From: Candidatus Moraniibacteriota bacterium
GTDB taxonomy: Bacteria > Patescibacteriota > Minisyncoccia > Moranbacterales > GCA-2747515
NCBI GenBank assembly: GCA_942490825.1
Contig: CALNYG010000015.1
Span: forward strand, 88,073 to 152,072
Direction of reading: 5' to 3'
Length of the DNA stretch: 64,000 nucleotides
A model generated the notes under the pieces. It was not told where the DNA came from, searched no databases, and saw only the letters and a program-made list of their open reading frames with translations. Both the position numbers and the translations under genes were made by a program. Below, in pieces: positions 52,867 to 61,739 of the stretch. Every line of letters begins with the position of its first letter. Positions within the stretch are counted from its first letter, which is position 1.

Positions 52867-54133
52867 AATTTATGTAACTAGCCGGATTAACAGTTGCTCC
52901 AGTTGGAATGTAAATGCCACTTACTGAACTAGATTTAACAATGGCAAAAGTTTTTGCAACAAATACAGTAAAATGAAGATGAGCTCCAGTAGAGAATCCA
53001 GTGCTACCCATAACACCTATTTTATCACCTTTATCAACCTTATCACCTTTACTAACTTTAACTGAACTCATATGTCCATAAAGAGTAATTAATCCATTTT
53101 CATGATCTATAGCTACCCATCTCCCATAACCGTAGTAACCCATGTTTCCTGTACCTGCAACTCTTCCATCAGCAGCAGCCATAATTTTTTTATCTCCCTT
53201 CGCTACATAATCAACGCCATTGTGCTTACCGCCTTTGTAATTGTGTGAAAAACTAGTTCTTCCATAACCTTGAGTTATTACATAAGGATTAACAACTGGC
53301 CTAGAAAGATCAGCTTTAGATTTTGATGGTAAATCAGAATTTGAGTAATCTCCAGCGTGATCATAATCAATTTCATTAATCTCGTCTTGAATAGATAATT
53401 GCTCTTGCTCTAATTTAGATAATTTAGTTTCATACTTCTTTTTTTCATTTTCAGCTTGAATTATCAAACCTTCTTTATGATTTCGGGTGCTTTCTAAGTA
53501 TTCATTTCTTTTTTCTAATTCATATTTAGTATCTTTAATTTCAGTTGTTTTTTTACCAAGACCATTTTTTTCTTCAACTAATTCAGCTTGCTCTTGTATA
53601 ATGGAATTCATCACATTACTCAAATTTTCAGCAGTTTGATCGATTCTATTACTATCAGTAAATAGACTGGGATCAGCTGTATTTTTTGTTGTAATAAAAA
53701 AATTATTTGTATCAGAATTACCTTGATAATGTTCTCTAATAATTTTACTTAAGATTTGCTTTTGAATATTAATGCGACTTTCTTTTTGTTTTATTGTTTT
53801 TTCAATTCTATCTATTTCACTACTAATTTTATCAATCTCTTTTTTATTTGTTTGTATGTCACCTTCAATACGACGACTTTCATTCTCTAATTTATTTACT
53901 TGAGATCCGATGATGTTAGTTTCTTTTTCTTTCAAATCAATAAGTTTTTTAGTTTTTTCTTTCTCTTTCTCAATCTCTTTATATTTATCGTATAATTCTT
54001 CTTTTTCTTCTCCGTCTTCTTCATTATCAGTAGCTGCGTTTACTAGATCGAAAGTGAAAAGACTAAATGTAGACAAGTACATTAATAATATAAGAAAAGC
54101 AAATACATTAAATTTTGATCCAGTATTTTTCAT
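52865..54133 (-). CDS. M23 family metallopeptidase with a long coiled coil (EnvC-like)
   Basis: Signal or anchor sequence, about 230 aa of coiled coil, then HNGVDY...GHMSSV...GSTGFSTGAHLHF. Confidence 0.85.
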   Translation of the reverse strand: MKNTGSKFNVFAFLILLMYLSTFSLFTFDLVNAATDNEEDGEEKEELYDKYKEIEKEKEKTKKLIDLKEKETNIIGSQVNKLENESRRIEGDIQTNKKEIDKISSEIDRIEKTIKQKESRINIQKQILSKIIREHYQGNSDTNNFFITTKNTADPSLFTDSNRIDQTAENLSNVMNSIIQEQAELVEEKNGLGKKTTEIKDTKYELEKRNEYLESTRNHKEGLIIQAENEKKKYETKLSKLEQEQLSIQDEINEIDYDHAGDYSNSDLPSKSKADLSRPVVNPYVITQGYGRTSFSHNYKGGKHNGVDYVAKGDKKIMAAADGRVAGTGNMGYYGYGRWVAIDHENGLITLYGHMSSVKVSKGDKVDKGDKIGVMGSTGFSTGAHLHFTVFVAKTFAIVKSSSVSGIYIPTGATVNPASYIN

Positions 54134-54139
54134 ACCTTT

Positions 54140-54148
54140 ATTATAGCA
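54140..54148 (-). promoter_or_regulatory. extended -10 promoter (TGCTATAAT) of the M23 gene, apparently leaderless
   Basis: On the minus strand TGCTATAAT ends 6 nt before the ATG (54133-54131). Confidence 0.45.
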
Positions 54149-54283
54149 AATTTAGTTTTTATAGCTAGTTTGAATCATTTTAAATATTTTAACATTTTAT
54201 AAAATAGATGACAATTTTAGGAAAGCGATTTATAATAAGAATATGTTAATATTTATTTAACTTAGGTAATTTAAACTCTCTTA

Positions 54284-55081
54284 ATGTTTATTTTTTTCAC
54301 TATAATAGTATTCTTTATTTTTGGTCTTTTGATCGGTAGTTTTTGTAATGTTCTTATTTTTCGAATGAGAAAATCAATGAGTTTTGTCATGCCATCTTCA
54401 CATTGTTTTTCATGTAAAAAGAAATTGGCTTGGAAGGACAATATTCCGTTGGTTAGTTTTTTTATTTTGAAAGGTGAGTGTAGAAATTGTAAAGCAAAAA
54501 TTTCTTGGCAATATCCATTAGTGGAGTTTTCAACTGGAATTTTTTGGGGTTTGATTGGATATTTGTATATTTTTAATTTTATAGATAGTTTATATTTAGC
54601 AATTTTATGGAGCTTAATTTTTTCGGCTTTGATGGTGATTTTTATTTATGACTGGAAATATATGGAGATCCCGATGGGTCTAATTTGGTTTTCATTAGTT
54701 TTAGTTTTGATAATCAATTTTTCAGTGGACGAATTTTATTTGTCAGATTTTTTAGAAAGTATCTTATTTAAAAATGGGTTAAGTGGAATGGTAGCCTTTT
54801 TATTTTTCTTTGGATTAAGTTTTGTTTCTGATGAACAGTGGATGGGTTATGGGGATTCCTTTTTAGCTTTGTTGGTTGGTTTTGCACTAGGGGGAACGGC
54901 AAGTTTTTTAGCAATTTTAATATCTTTTTGCGTGGGTGCAATTTTTAGTATTTTTCTTATAGTCTTGGATAAAGCAAAATTAAAATCTCAAGTGCCATTT
55001 GGACCGTTTTTAATTTTTGGTTTTGCATTTGTATTTTTTGTTCAATTTTTTTGTCCGAGTTTAATACGGTTATTTGGATAG
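54284..55081 (+). CDS. pilD: prepilin peptidase (A24 family)
   Basis: GSFCNVLIFRM, the Zn-finger region CFSCKKKL...CRNCKAKISWQYPLVE, and multiple TM helices. Confidence 0.85.
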   Translation: MFIFFTIIVFFIFGLLIGSFCNVLIFRMRKSMSFVMPSSHCFSCKKKLAWKDNIPLVSFFILKGECRNCKAKISWQYPLVEFSTGIFWGLIGYLYIFNFIDSLYLAILWSLIFSALMVIFIYDWKYMEIPMGLIWFSLVLVLIINFSVDEFYLSDFLESILFKNGLSGMVAFLFFFGLSFVSDEQWMGYGDSFLALLVGFALGGTASFLAILISFCVGAIFSIFLIVLDKAKLKSQVPFGPFLIFGFAFVFFVQFFCPSLIRLFG

Positions 55082-55347
55082 AATTTTTTAAATTTTTGAA
55101 AAAATATTAATGATAATAAGTCTTTAACCTTCTGGAAGTTTAAAGTGCAATTAATTTATTAGACAAATTTTTGAATAAATTATATCTTTCAATATCATAT
55201 ATTAAGGGGATTTATGTGAAAAAATATAATTTTAAAATTTTTGATCTAAAAACTCATGCGAGGAGGGCATTTTTCTTGTGAGATAAAGATAAATGCGGTA
55301 CTATTGGATTAAGGGATAAATTTAAATTTCTGTTGAATTTCATTGGA

Positions 55348-56529
55348 ATGAAAATCTTAATGATCGCACCAACGCCATTTTTTTCGCATAGAGGTACACA
55401 TATGCGGATTTATGAGGAGGCGCGAGCTTTAGAAAAACTAGGTCATAAAATTGTTATTGTTACTTATCATAATGGTGATGATATTAATAAATATGTAGAA
55501 ACTAATATTGACGTCAGAAGAATTCGACGTTGGCTTTTTTGGTATAAAAAAACTGAGGCTGGTCCAGATTGGCAGAAAATATTATTAAATCTTTTTTTGA
55601 TTCGAAAAACTTTTTACATGACAAGAAAATGGAAACCAGATGTTATTCATGGTCATTTACACGAAGGTGCATTAATTGGTAAAATGATGCAGTTATTTTT
55701 ATTTTGGCGAAAGTTTTTACTTGTTGTGGATTTTCATGGAAGTTTAGTTAATGAAATGAAATCGCATGGATATTTGAAATTTAATTGGTTGCAATCTACT
55801 TTTGATTTTTTTGAAAAGTTAATTAATCGAATTGGAGATGTGGCAGTGGTTAGTGATAAGGATAATGTAAAAATTATTAAAAAGGCACGAGATGATGAAA
55901 AGGCTTTTCATTTGTCTGATGGGGTTAATGTTGAACATTATATTGATTTAGGTAGCAAGAAAAATTTACGAAAGAAATTTAATATTCCAATTGATAAATT
56001 TGTAGTGGTTTATACAGGAGCTTTAATTGAAAATAAGGGTGTAAAACATTTGATTTATTCTATAAAAAAGACAGTACAAGAAGTCCCAGATGTTCATTTT
56101 GTAATAGGTGGTTTTCCGGCTGAATGGGTGAGAAAATATGTTCTTAAAAATAATTTAGAAAATAATGTAACGATAATTTCGCCTTTGAATTATTTTTCTT
56201 TGGCGGAAGTCAATTCTTTGGCTGATGTTGCGGTGGATCCTAAAGATGATTCTGTCCAACAGGCTAGTGGAAAAATATTGCATTACATGGCGGCTAAGGT
56301 GGCGATTATTTGTTGTGATCGTGCGATTAATAGAAATTATTTAGGTAACAATGGTGGAGAATATTTATCTGAAGTGAATGCGGAGAATATTTATCAAGCT
56401 GTAAAAAAGTTGTATAATGACAGGGGATTAGTTGAAAAATATTCTGAAGAGGCTTTTCGAAGAGCGGATGATTTTAGTTGGAAGAGAGTTGGGGAACAGT
56501 TGGAGGGGATTTATGAAGGTGATTTGTAA
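55348..56529 (+). CDS. glycosyltransferase, GT4-like (GT-B fold)
   Basis: MKILMIAPTPFFSHRGTH... at the N-terminus, with a C-terminal E-x7-E-like region. The ORF track starts at TTG 55333; ATG 55348 is preferred. Confidence 0.7.
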   Translation: MKILMIAPTPFFSHRGTHMRIYEEARALEKLGHKIVIVTYHNGDDINKYVETNIDVRRIRRWLFWYKKTEAGPDWQKILLNLFLIRKTFYMTRKWKPDVIHGHLHEGALIGKMMQLFLFWRKFLLVVDFHGSLVNEMKSHGYLKFNWLQSTFDFFEKLINRIGDVAVVSDKDNVKIIKKARDDEKAFHLSDGVNVEHYIDLGSKKNLRKKFNIPIDKFVVVYTGALIENKGVKHLIYSIKKTVQEVPDVHFVIGGFPAEWVRKYVLKNNLENNVTIISPLNYFSLAEVNSLADVAVDPKDDSVQQASGKILHYMAAKVAIICCDRAINRNYLGNNGGEYLSEVNAENIYQAVKKLYNDRGLVEKYSEEAFRRADDFSWKRVGEQLEGIYEGDL

Positions 56530-56556
56530 TTTTTGTAAATAATTTTATGTTAAAGG

Positions 56557-56976
56557 GTGAATGAAGTAATTATTAAAAATAATTTTATGAAAGAAAATAG
56601 AATTAAGGTTGTTATAAATAAGCCTATTAAGGAGGTTTTTGATTTTACAGTTAATCCGAAGAATACTCATTTGTGGATTCCTTCAGTAGAGGAGGAATTA
56701 TCAGATAAGTTCCCTCCAGAAGTTGGTGATTGTTATAAAAATAGAGGAAAGAATTCAGATTGGAACTTTTATAATGTGACAGAATTTAAAGATAATGAAA
56801 TTTTTGAATTGAATATGTTAGATGAAAATTATTCAGTACGATATACTTACAAAAAAATTAGTGATAATGAAACGGAAATGGAGTATTTTGAGTGGGTTAA
56901 GAATGGGGAGATAGATGATCCATTTACTGAAGATATTTTAATTAAATTAAAGTCAGTTATTGAGGATAATATTTAA
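56557..56976 (+). CDS. hypothetical protein, possibly SRPBCC/START-like
   Basis: 139 aa. The INKPIKEVFDFTVNPKNTHLWIP pattern resembles the N-terminus of SRPBCC-family proteins. GTG start. Confidence 0.35.
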   Translation: MNEVIIKNNFMKENRIKVVINKPIKEVFDFTVNPKNTHLWIPSVEEELSDKFPPEVGDCYKNRGKNSDWNFYNVTEFKDNEIFELNMLDENYSVRYTYKKISDNETEMEYFEWVKNGEIDDPFTEDILIKLKSVIEDNI

Positions 56977-56987
56977 GGCTGATTTTA

Positions 56988-57016
56988 TTGACAAGACTAT
57001 TTTTTTGTGGTTAAAT
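56988..57016 (+). promoter_or_regulatory. candidate promoter of the PBP gene
   Basis: TTGACA (56988-56993), a 17-nt spacer, then TGGTTAAAT. Confidence 0.4.
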
Positions 57017-57094
57017 TATAGCATCAAAGCCTTTAACCATTTTATTCAGAATAAAGGTTTGTTTTCTGTTTATTAAAATGAATTAAAAGTTCTA

Positions 57095-59428
57095 ATGAAA
57101 TCAAAATTGAACAATTTAAAAGATAAGGTTAATAACTTATTAAAAAAGGAAAAACCTCTTATGTTAGGCACAATCAAACCAAATAAAGAAGATGGAAATA
57201 AATCTAATGATTTAGATAAAAAAAATAAGTCAGTGAAAAATAATAACAAATCCACAAAGAATCAGAAAAATAAATGGAAAATTTTTTTGAAATTTTTTGG
57301 TTTTATAATTAGTACAGCGATTGACTTAGGTTTAGTTATGTCCTTGGCAGTAGCGACAATATTTTTGTATGCTTATTACAATACAGTTGATGCAGAAGAG
57401 TTAGTGAAGATGGATATTTATGAAACTACGATTATTTATGATAAAACAGGAGATCATATTTTATATGAATTACATGGTGAAGAGGATAGAAAAATAGTAG
57501 ATCATAATGGTATATCTGATTACATGCGTTATGCAACGATTGCAGCGGAAGATGATGCTTTTTATCATCACGTAGGAATTGATATCTATGGAATTTTGCG
57601 AGCAGCTCAAAAAAACTTTATTCAAGGTGAAAGTTCACAGGGAGGTAGTACTATTACTCAACAGTTAGTGCGTAATACTTTTCTTACTCGAGAAAAAACT
57701 TATAAACGTAAATTTAAGGAAATCGTTTTATCTATAAAAATAGAGCGATATTATGAAAAAGAACAGATTCTAGATCTTTATTTGAATGAAGTGCCTTATG
57801 GATCTAATGCTTATGGTGTGCAGTCAGCTTCAGAAGTTTTCTTTGGCAAAAATGCTAGTGACTTAACTTTAGATGAGGCGGCTTTATTAGCTTCTTTGCC
57901 AAAAGCTACTTCTGATTTTTCTCCATATAGTAAAAACACTGATAGATTAATTGCTCGTCAGAAAAGTATCTTGAATCGAATGGCTGATTTAGACTTGTAT
58001 GATAGGGAAATAATTGACCAAGCTTTGGCGATTAATACTTTAGATAAACTTAAAGAATATAAAACAACTATTGAGGCTCCTCATTTTGTTTTTTATGTTG
58101 AGGATCAATTAAAAAAAATATTTGGAGAAGAAAGAATGCGTCAAGGAGGATTTAAAGTTTATACAACTTTAGATTATGATATGCAGAAAAGAGCAGAACA
58201 AGATGTTACAGACTATGCGGTTGAATTGCCAAAACATGGAGCAAGTAATGCGGCTATGGTGGTAGTTGATCCTAAAACTGGAGGTGTTTTGGCGATGGTA
58301 GGAAGCGTTGATTATTTTGATGCTGAGAGTGACGGAGAAGTAAATGTTACTTTGAGTTTGCGTCAGCCAGGATCATCTTTTAAGCCAATTGTTTATGCTG
58401 CAGCTTTTGAAAAAGGTTATCAGCCAGAAACTCTTCTTTATGATGTTCCAACTAGTTTTGGAGAGGATGGATCAGGAAAAGAATATAGACCAAATAATTA
58501 TGATGGAAAAAATCATGGTCTAGTCTCTATGAAAAAGGCTTTAGCTGGATCATTGAATATTCCTGCTGTTAAGACCTTATATTTAGTAGGCGTAGATGAA
58601 GCAATTGATTTTGCTGAAGAATTAGGGATTACTACTTTAAAAGATCGAAATCGTTTTGGGTTGTCTTTGGTTTTAGGTAGTGGTGAGGTTAAACTTTTAG
58701 AAGAAGTTGGAGCTTTTGCTGTTTTTGCTAATGATGGTGAGAGAACGCCAGTTCATGGGATTAATCGTGTAATAGATTCTAGTGGTGAAGAAATTATTCC
58801 ACCACCAGAATCAGAGCGAGTTATTAATGCGGATGTTGCTCGAAAAATTAATAGTGTGTTGAGTGATAATGAAGCGAGAACTTATGTATTTGGTAAAAAG
58901 AATAATTTATATTTTGAAGGTAGGAAAGTGGCTGCGAAGACAGGAACCACTCAAGAGGCTCGAGATGTTTTGACTTTGGGTTATACTCCAGATATAGCGG
59001 TTGGTGTTTGGGTTGGAAATAATGAAAATACTCCTTTGAGAGAAAATAGTTTAGGAAGTTTAGTAGCGGCACCGTTGTGGAGAAAATTCATGGAACGGGA
59101 ATTAGAATTTTTACCAGATACGCAATTTGAAGAATATGAGCCGAATACTTCTGTTGAGTCTATGGTTACAGGTAAATCAGGTGGAGGTGCTTCTGAAGGT
59201 GGTGTAGTGTATTATAATAAAAAGACGGGAGAAAAAATTTCTGCAGAAAAAGCTAATAGGACTTCCGCTGAAAAATTAGAAAAAAAGTATAAAAAATCTT
59301 CTGGACATAGTATTTTGTATTATGTAAATAAAGATAATCCTTTGGATCCAACGGCTAAACCTGATTTGAATGATGAGATGTTATGGAGGTGGGAAAAGGC
59401 TTTAGGACATTCTAAAAAGAAAGATTAA
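57095..59428 (+). CDS. class A penicillin-binding protein (glycosyltransferase plus transpeptidase)
   Basis: GT51 motifs AAEDDAFYHH and GGSTITQQLVRN. Transpeptidase motifs SSFKP and KTGTT. Confidence 0.9.
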   Translation: MKSKLNNLKDKVNNLLKKEKPLMLGTIKPNKEDGNKSNDLDKKNKSVKNNNKSTKNQKNKWKIFLKFFGFIISTAIDLGLVMSLAVATIFLYAYYNTVDAEELVKMDIYETTIIYDKTGDHILYELHGEEDRKIVDHNGISDYMRYATIAAEDDAFYHHVGIDIYGILRAAQKNFIQGESSQGGSTITQQLVRNTFLTREKTYKRKFKEIVLSIKIERYYEKEQILDLYLNEVPYGSNAYGVQSASEVFFGKNASDLTLDEAALLASLPKATSDFSPYSKNTDRLIARQKSILNRMADLDLYDREIIDQALAINTLDKLKEYKTTIEAPHFVFYVEDQLKKIFGEERMRQGGFKVYTTLDYDMQKRAEQDVTDYAVELPKHGASNAAMVVVDPKTGGVLAMVGSVDYFDAESDGEVNVTLSLRQPGSSFKPIVYAAAFEKGYQPETLLYDVPTSFGEDGSGKEYRPNNYDGKNHGLVSMKKALAGSLNIPAVKTLYLVGVDEAIDFAEELGITTLKDRNRFGLSLVLGSGEVKLLEEVGAFAVFANDGERTPVHGINRVIDSSGEEIIPPPESERVINADVARKINSVLSDNEARTYVFGKKNNLYFEGRKVAAKTGTTQEARDVLTLGYTPDIAVGVWVGNNENTPLRENSLGSLVAAPLWRKFMERELEFLPDTQFEEYEPNTSVESMVTGKSGGGASEGGVVYYNKKTGEKISAEKANRTSAEKLEKKYKKSSGHSILYYVNKDNPLDPTAKPDLNDEMLWRWEKALGHSKKKD

Positions 59429-59443
59429 GTAAATTTTTAGTTT

Positions 59444-59560
59444 ATGGAAAAAATATTGAAGGTAAAATCTTTTCAGGAAACTTTAAATGCTAGTATGTGT
59501 GGTCCAGCTTCTTTGAAAATAGTTTTAAAATATTATGGAATTGACAAACTTGAGTCTTGA
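59444..59560 (+). pseudogene. remnant of a C39-like cysteine peptidase (N-terminal 38 codons only)
   Basis: MEKILKVKSFQETLNASMCGPASLKIVLKYYGIDKLES* carries the Q...CGPA.L..VL.YYG catalytic-Cys region and then stops. No continuation in any frame. Confidence 0.5.
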
Positions 59561-59648
59561 CCTTTGGGGTTAAATTTGTTATACTGCTTAGAATTAATTT
59601 AGATAATTAATCTTTATTATTTTTAATGCTTAATTTTGTTAACTTTTT

Positions 59649-60314
59649 ATGAAAAAGATATTATTGACCACAATGGTTGTTGTAATGGGGACTTTTATGA
59701 TCTCTGAAAATGTATTGGCTGATGCTTGGTGGGGAGAGGGTTATCGATCACCAACTTGGGTAAGAGAACATGGTGGAACAACAATTACTTATAATATTGT
59801 TGGTGACAGTGCTAAGAAATACAAGGGGTTCATGTATCAAGACGGAAAATATGTGGAAGTTGAGTTTGGAAATAACGCAGTTTTTGATGATGCAAAAAAT
59901 GGAGTGTACACAGTTACTTTTTATAAGTGCGATGGTAGTTGTATGCCTCATAAGACTAATAATAAGACCAAACTTAGAGGTAGTGATAAAAAATTGGCGA
60001 CTACTACAATTATTGCTAGACCAGGTGAGGATGTGAGACTTGTGTTTAATGCTAATACCAAACAAATTTCTTTTACTTCAGGAACCGCTGGTAAAAAAAT
60101 TGATCCTTTTCTTGCAAAAAAGAATTTAGCTAGAAGATACGCTGGACAACAATGTAGCATTGTTGATACTGATAAGAAGAAGCAAATTCTTATTGGTGCA
60201 GCTTTGAAACAGGAGAATGTTGATATGAGTAAAATTGATAAATATGTTGAATTAGGTTTGTTACCAGAATCTTTTAAAGAAAAAACTGAGAAAATTGAAG
60301 ATCCTGTGAAATAA
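59649..60314 (+). CDS. hypothetical secreted protein
   Basis: Signal peptide MKKILLTTMVVVMGTFMISENVLA. No motif recognised. Confidence 0.55.
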   Translation: MKKILLTTMVVVMGTFMISENVLADAWWGEGYRSPTWVREHGGTTITYNIVGDSAKKYKGFMYQDGKYVEVEFGNNAVFDDAKNGVYTVTFYKCDGSCMPHKTNNKTKLRGSDKKLATTTIIARPGEDVRLVFNANTKQISFTSGTAGKKIDPFLAKKNLARRYAGQQCSIVDTDKKKQILIGAALKQENVDMSKIDKYVELGLLPESFKEKTEKIEDPVK

Positions 60315-60335
60315 AATATTTATATTTTGACTTTT

Positions 60336-60367
60336 AAAAAAGCGATGATTTTAATCATCGTTTTTTT
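60336..60367 (+). terminator. terminator after the secreted-protein gene
   Basis: Stem CGATGA/TCATCG flanked by A5 and T7. Confidence 0.55.
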
Positions 60368-60451
60368 GTTTTGTACTTTAGGGGTGTTGTATTGTGATAT
60401 TTTATACTAAAATTAATTAGTCTTTTTGCATTCTTGCGTCATATCATTCTT

Positions 60452-60592
60452 GGCGGAACCTGCCTGTTCGGCAAATAAATGTATCGAAAAGTGAAGGTAT
60501 TTAGGAAAATTAAATTTGAAGCTTGTTAATAAACTTTCATAATATAACTTAAAGTTTTATGTTTCTAGATCCCTGCCTACGCGAGGATGACA
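60452..60592 (+). repeat. intergenic hairpin-repeat cluster R10 (degenerate)
   Basis: 60452-60476 (ggcggaacctgcctgttcggcaaat) is a fragment of the nested AGCCCG unit. 60546-60592 (aacttaaagttttatgtttctagatccctgcctacgcgaggatgaca) matches the right half of the 1883-1980 and 2127-2225 repeat. Confidence 0.7.
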
Positions 60593-60719
60593 TAATTTGT
60601 GGTAGTAATAATATTGTATTTGTGAAATGGTGTTTTACTGTGTTATTTTTGTTTGTTATTATGGAAAGGTAAAGTATTGGTTTTTGAAAATTTTGTATAT
60701 TGTAAATAAGAATAAAATC

Positions 60720-61697
60720 ATGAAAAATAGTATTAAAGAATTGGCAGTGTATCAGACTAAGGGTGGAGAAATTAAGCTTCGGGGTGATTTTGATAATGAA
60801 ACGTTGTGGGCAAGTCAAAAGCAATTAGCTGCACTTTTTGATGTTGATGTGCGAACGGTTAATGAACATATTAAAAATATTATAAAGAGTAAAGAATTGG
60901 TTGAGAGGTCAACTATCCGGAAATTCCAGATAGTTCAAAAAGAAGGGAAACGGGAAGTTAATCGTAAGGTAGAACATTATAATCTTGATATGATGGTTTC
61001 AGTTGGCTATCGTGTAAATTCTAAAGTTGCGACAAATTTTAGAAAGTGGGCGACGAAAATTTTGCGGGGACATATTACTAAAGGTTTTACTATTAATAAG
61101 TATCAACTGAAGAAAAATCATGAAGAATTTTTACGGGCTGTTGATGACATAAAATTATTAGCGAAGAATAATTCTAAAATTAAGACTAATGATGTTTTGG
61201 AATTGGTGAAGACTTTTTCGGGAACTTGGTTTTCTTTGGATAGTTATGATAAACAGATTTTGCCAAAGAAGGGGGCAAGTAAGAAAAAGGTGAAAGTTGG
61301 AGTTGTGGAATTGTATGATGGTGTTGATGTTTTTAAGGGTGACTTGATTGGGGCTGATGGAGCGACGGAGCTTTTTGCACGAGAAAAAGATGTTGGTAGT
61401 TTGGGGGGTATTTTAGGGAATGTGCTGCAGTCTGTTTTTGGGAAAGATGCTTATCCGACGATTGAGGGGAAGGCGGCTCATTTGTTGTATTTTGTGGTGA
61501 AGAATCATCCGTTTACTGATGGGAATAAGCGGACGGGGGCTTTTGTTTTTATTTGGTTTTTGCAGAGGGCTGGTTTTGATTTTGGGGATAGGGTTTCGCC
61601 AGGGGGTTTGACTACGCTTACACTTTTGATTGCGGAGAGTAATCCTAGGGAGATGAGTAAGATGATTGGATTAGTATTGTTGATTTTGCGGGGGTGA
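60720..61697 (+). CDS. RhuM-family protein with a Doc-type Fic domain
   Basis: The N-terminal half has ...LDMMVSVGYRVNSKVATNFRKWATKIL..., a RhuM-like motif. The C-terminal half has the Fic/Doc core HPFTDGNKRTG (61506-61532). ATG 60720 is preferred over the ORF-track start at 60627. Confidence 0.8.
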   Translation: MKNSIKELAVYQTKGGEIKLRGDFDNETLWASQKQLAALFDVDVRTVNEHIKNIIKSKELVERSTIRKFQIVQKEGKREVNRKVEHYNLDMMVSVGYRVNSKVATNFRKWATKILRGHITKGFTINKYQLKKNHEEFLRAVDDIKLLAKNNSKIKTNDVLELVKTFSGTWFSLDSYDKQILPKKGASKKKVKVGVVELYDGVDVFKGDLIGADGATELFAREKDVGSLGGILGNVLQSVFGKDAYPTIEGKAAHLLYFVVKNHPFTDGNKRTGAFVFIWFLQRAGFDFGDRVSPGGLTTLTLLIAESNPREMSKMIGLVLLILRG

Positions 61698-61739
61698 CAC
61701 TTGATGAATTTTTATAAGATTATTTTTTAAAAAAATATT

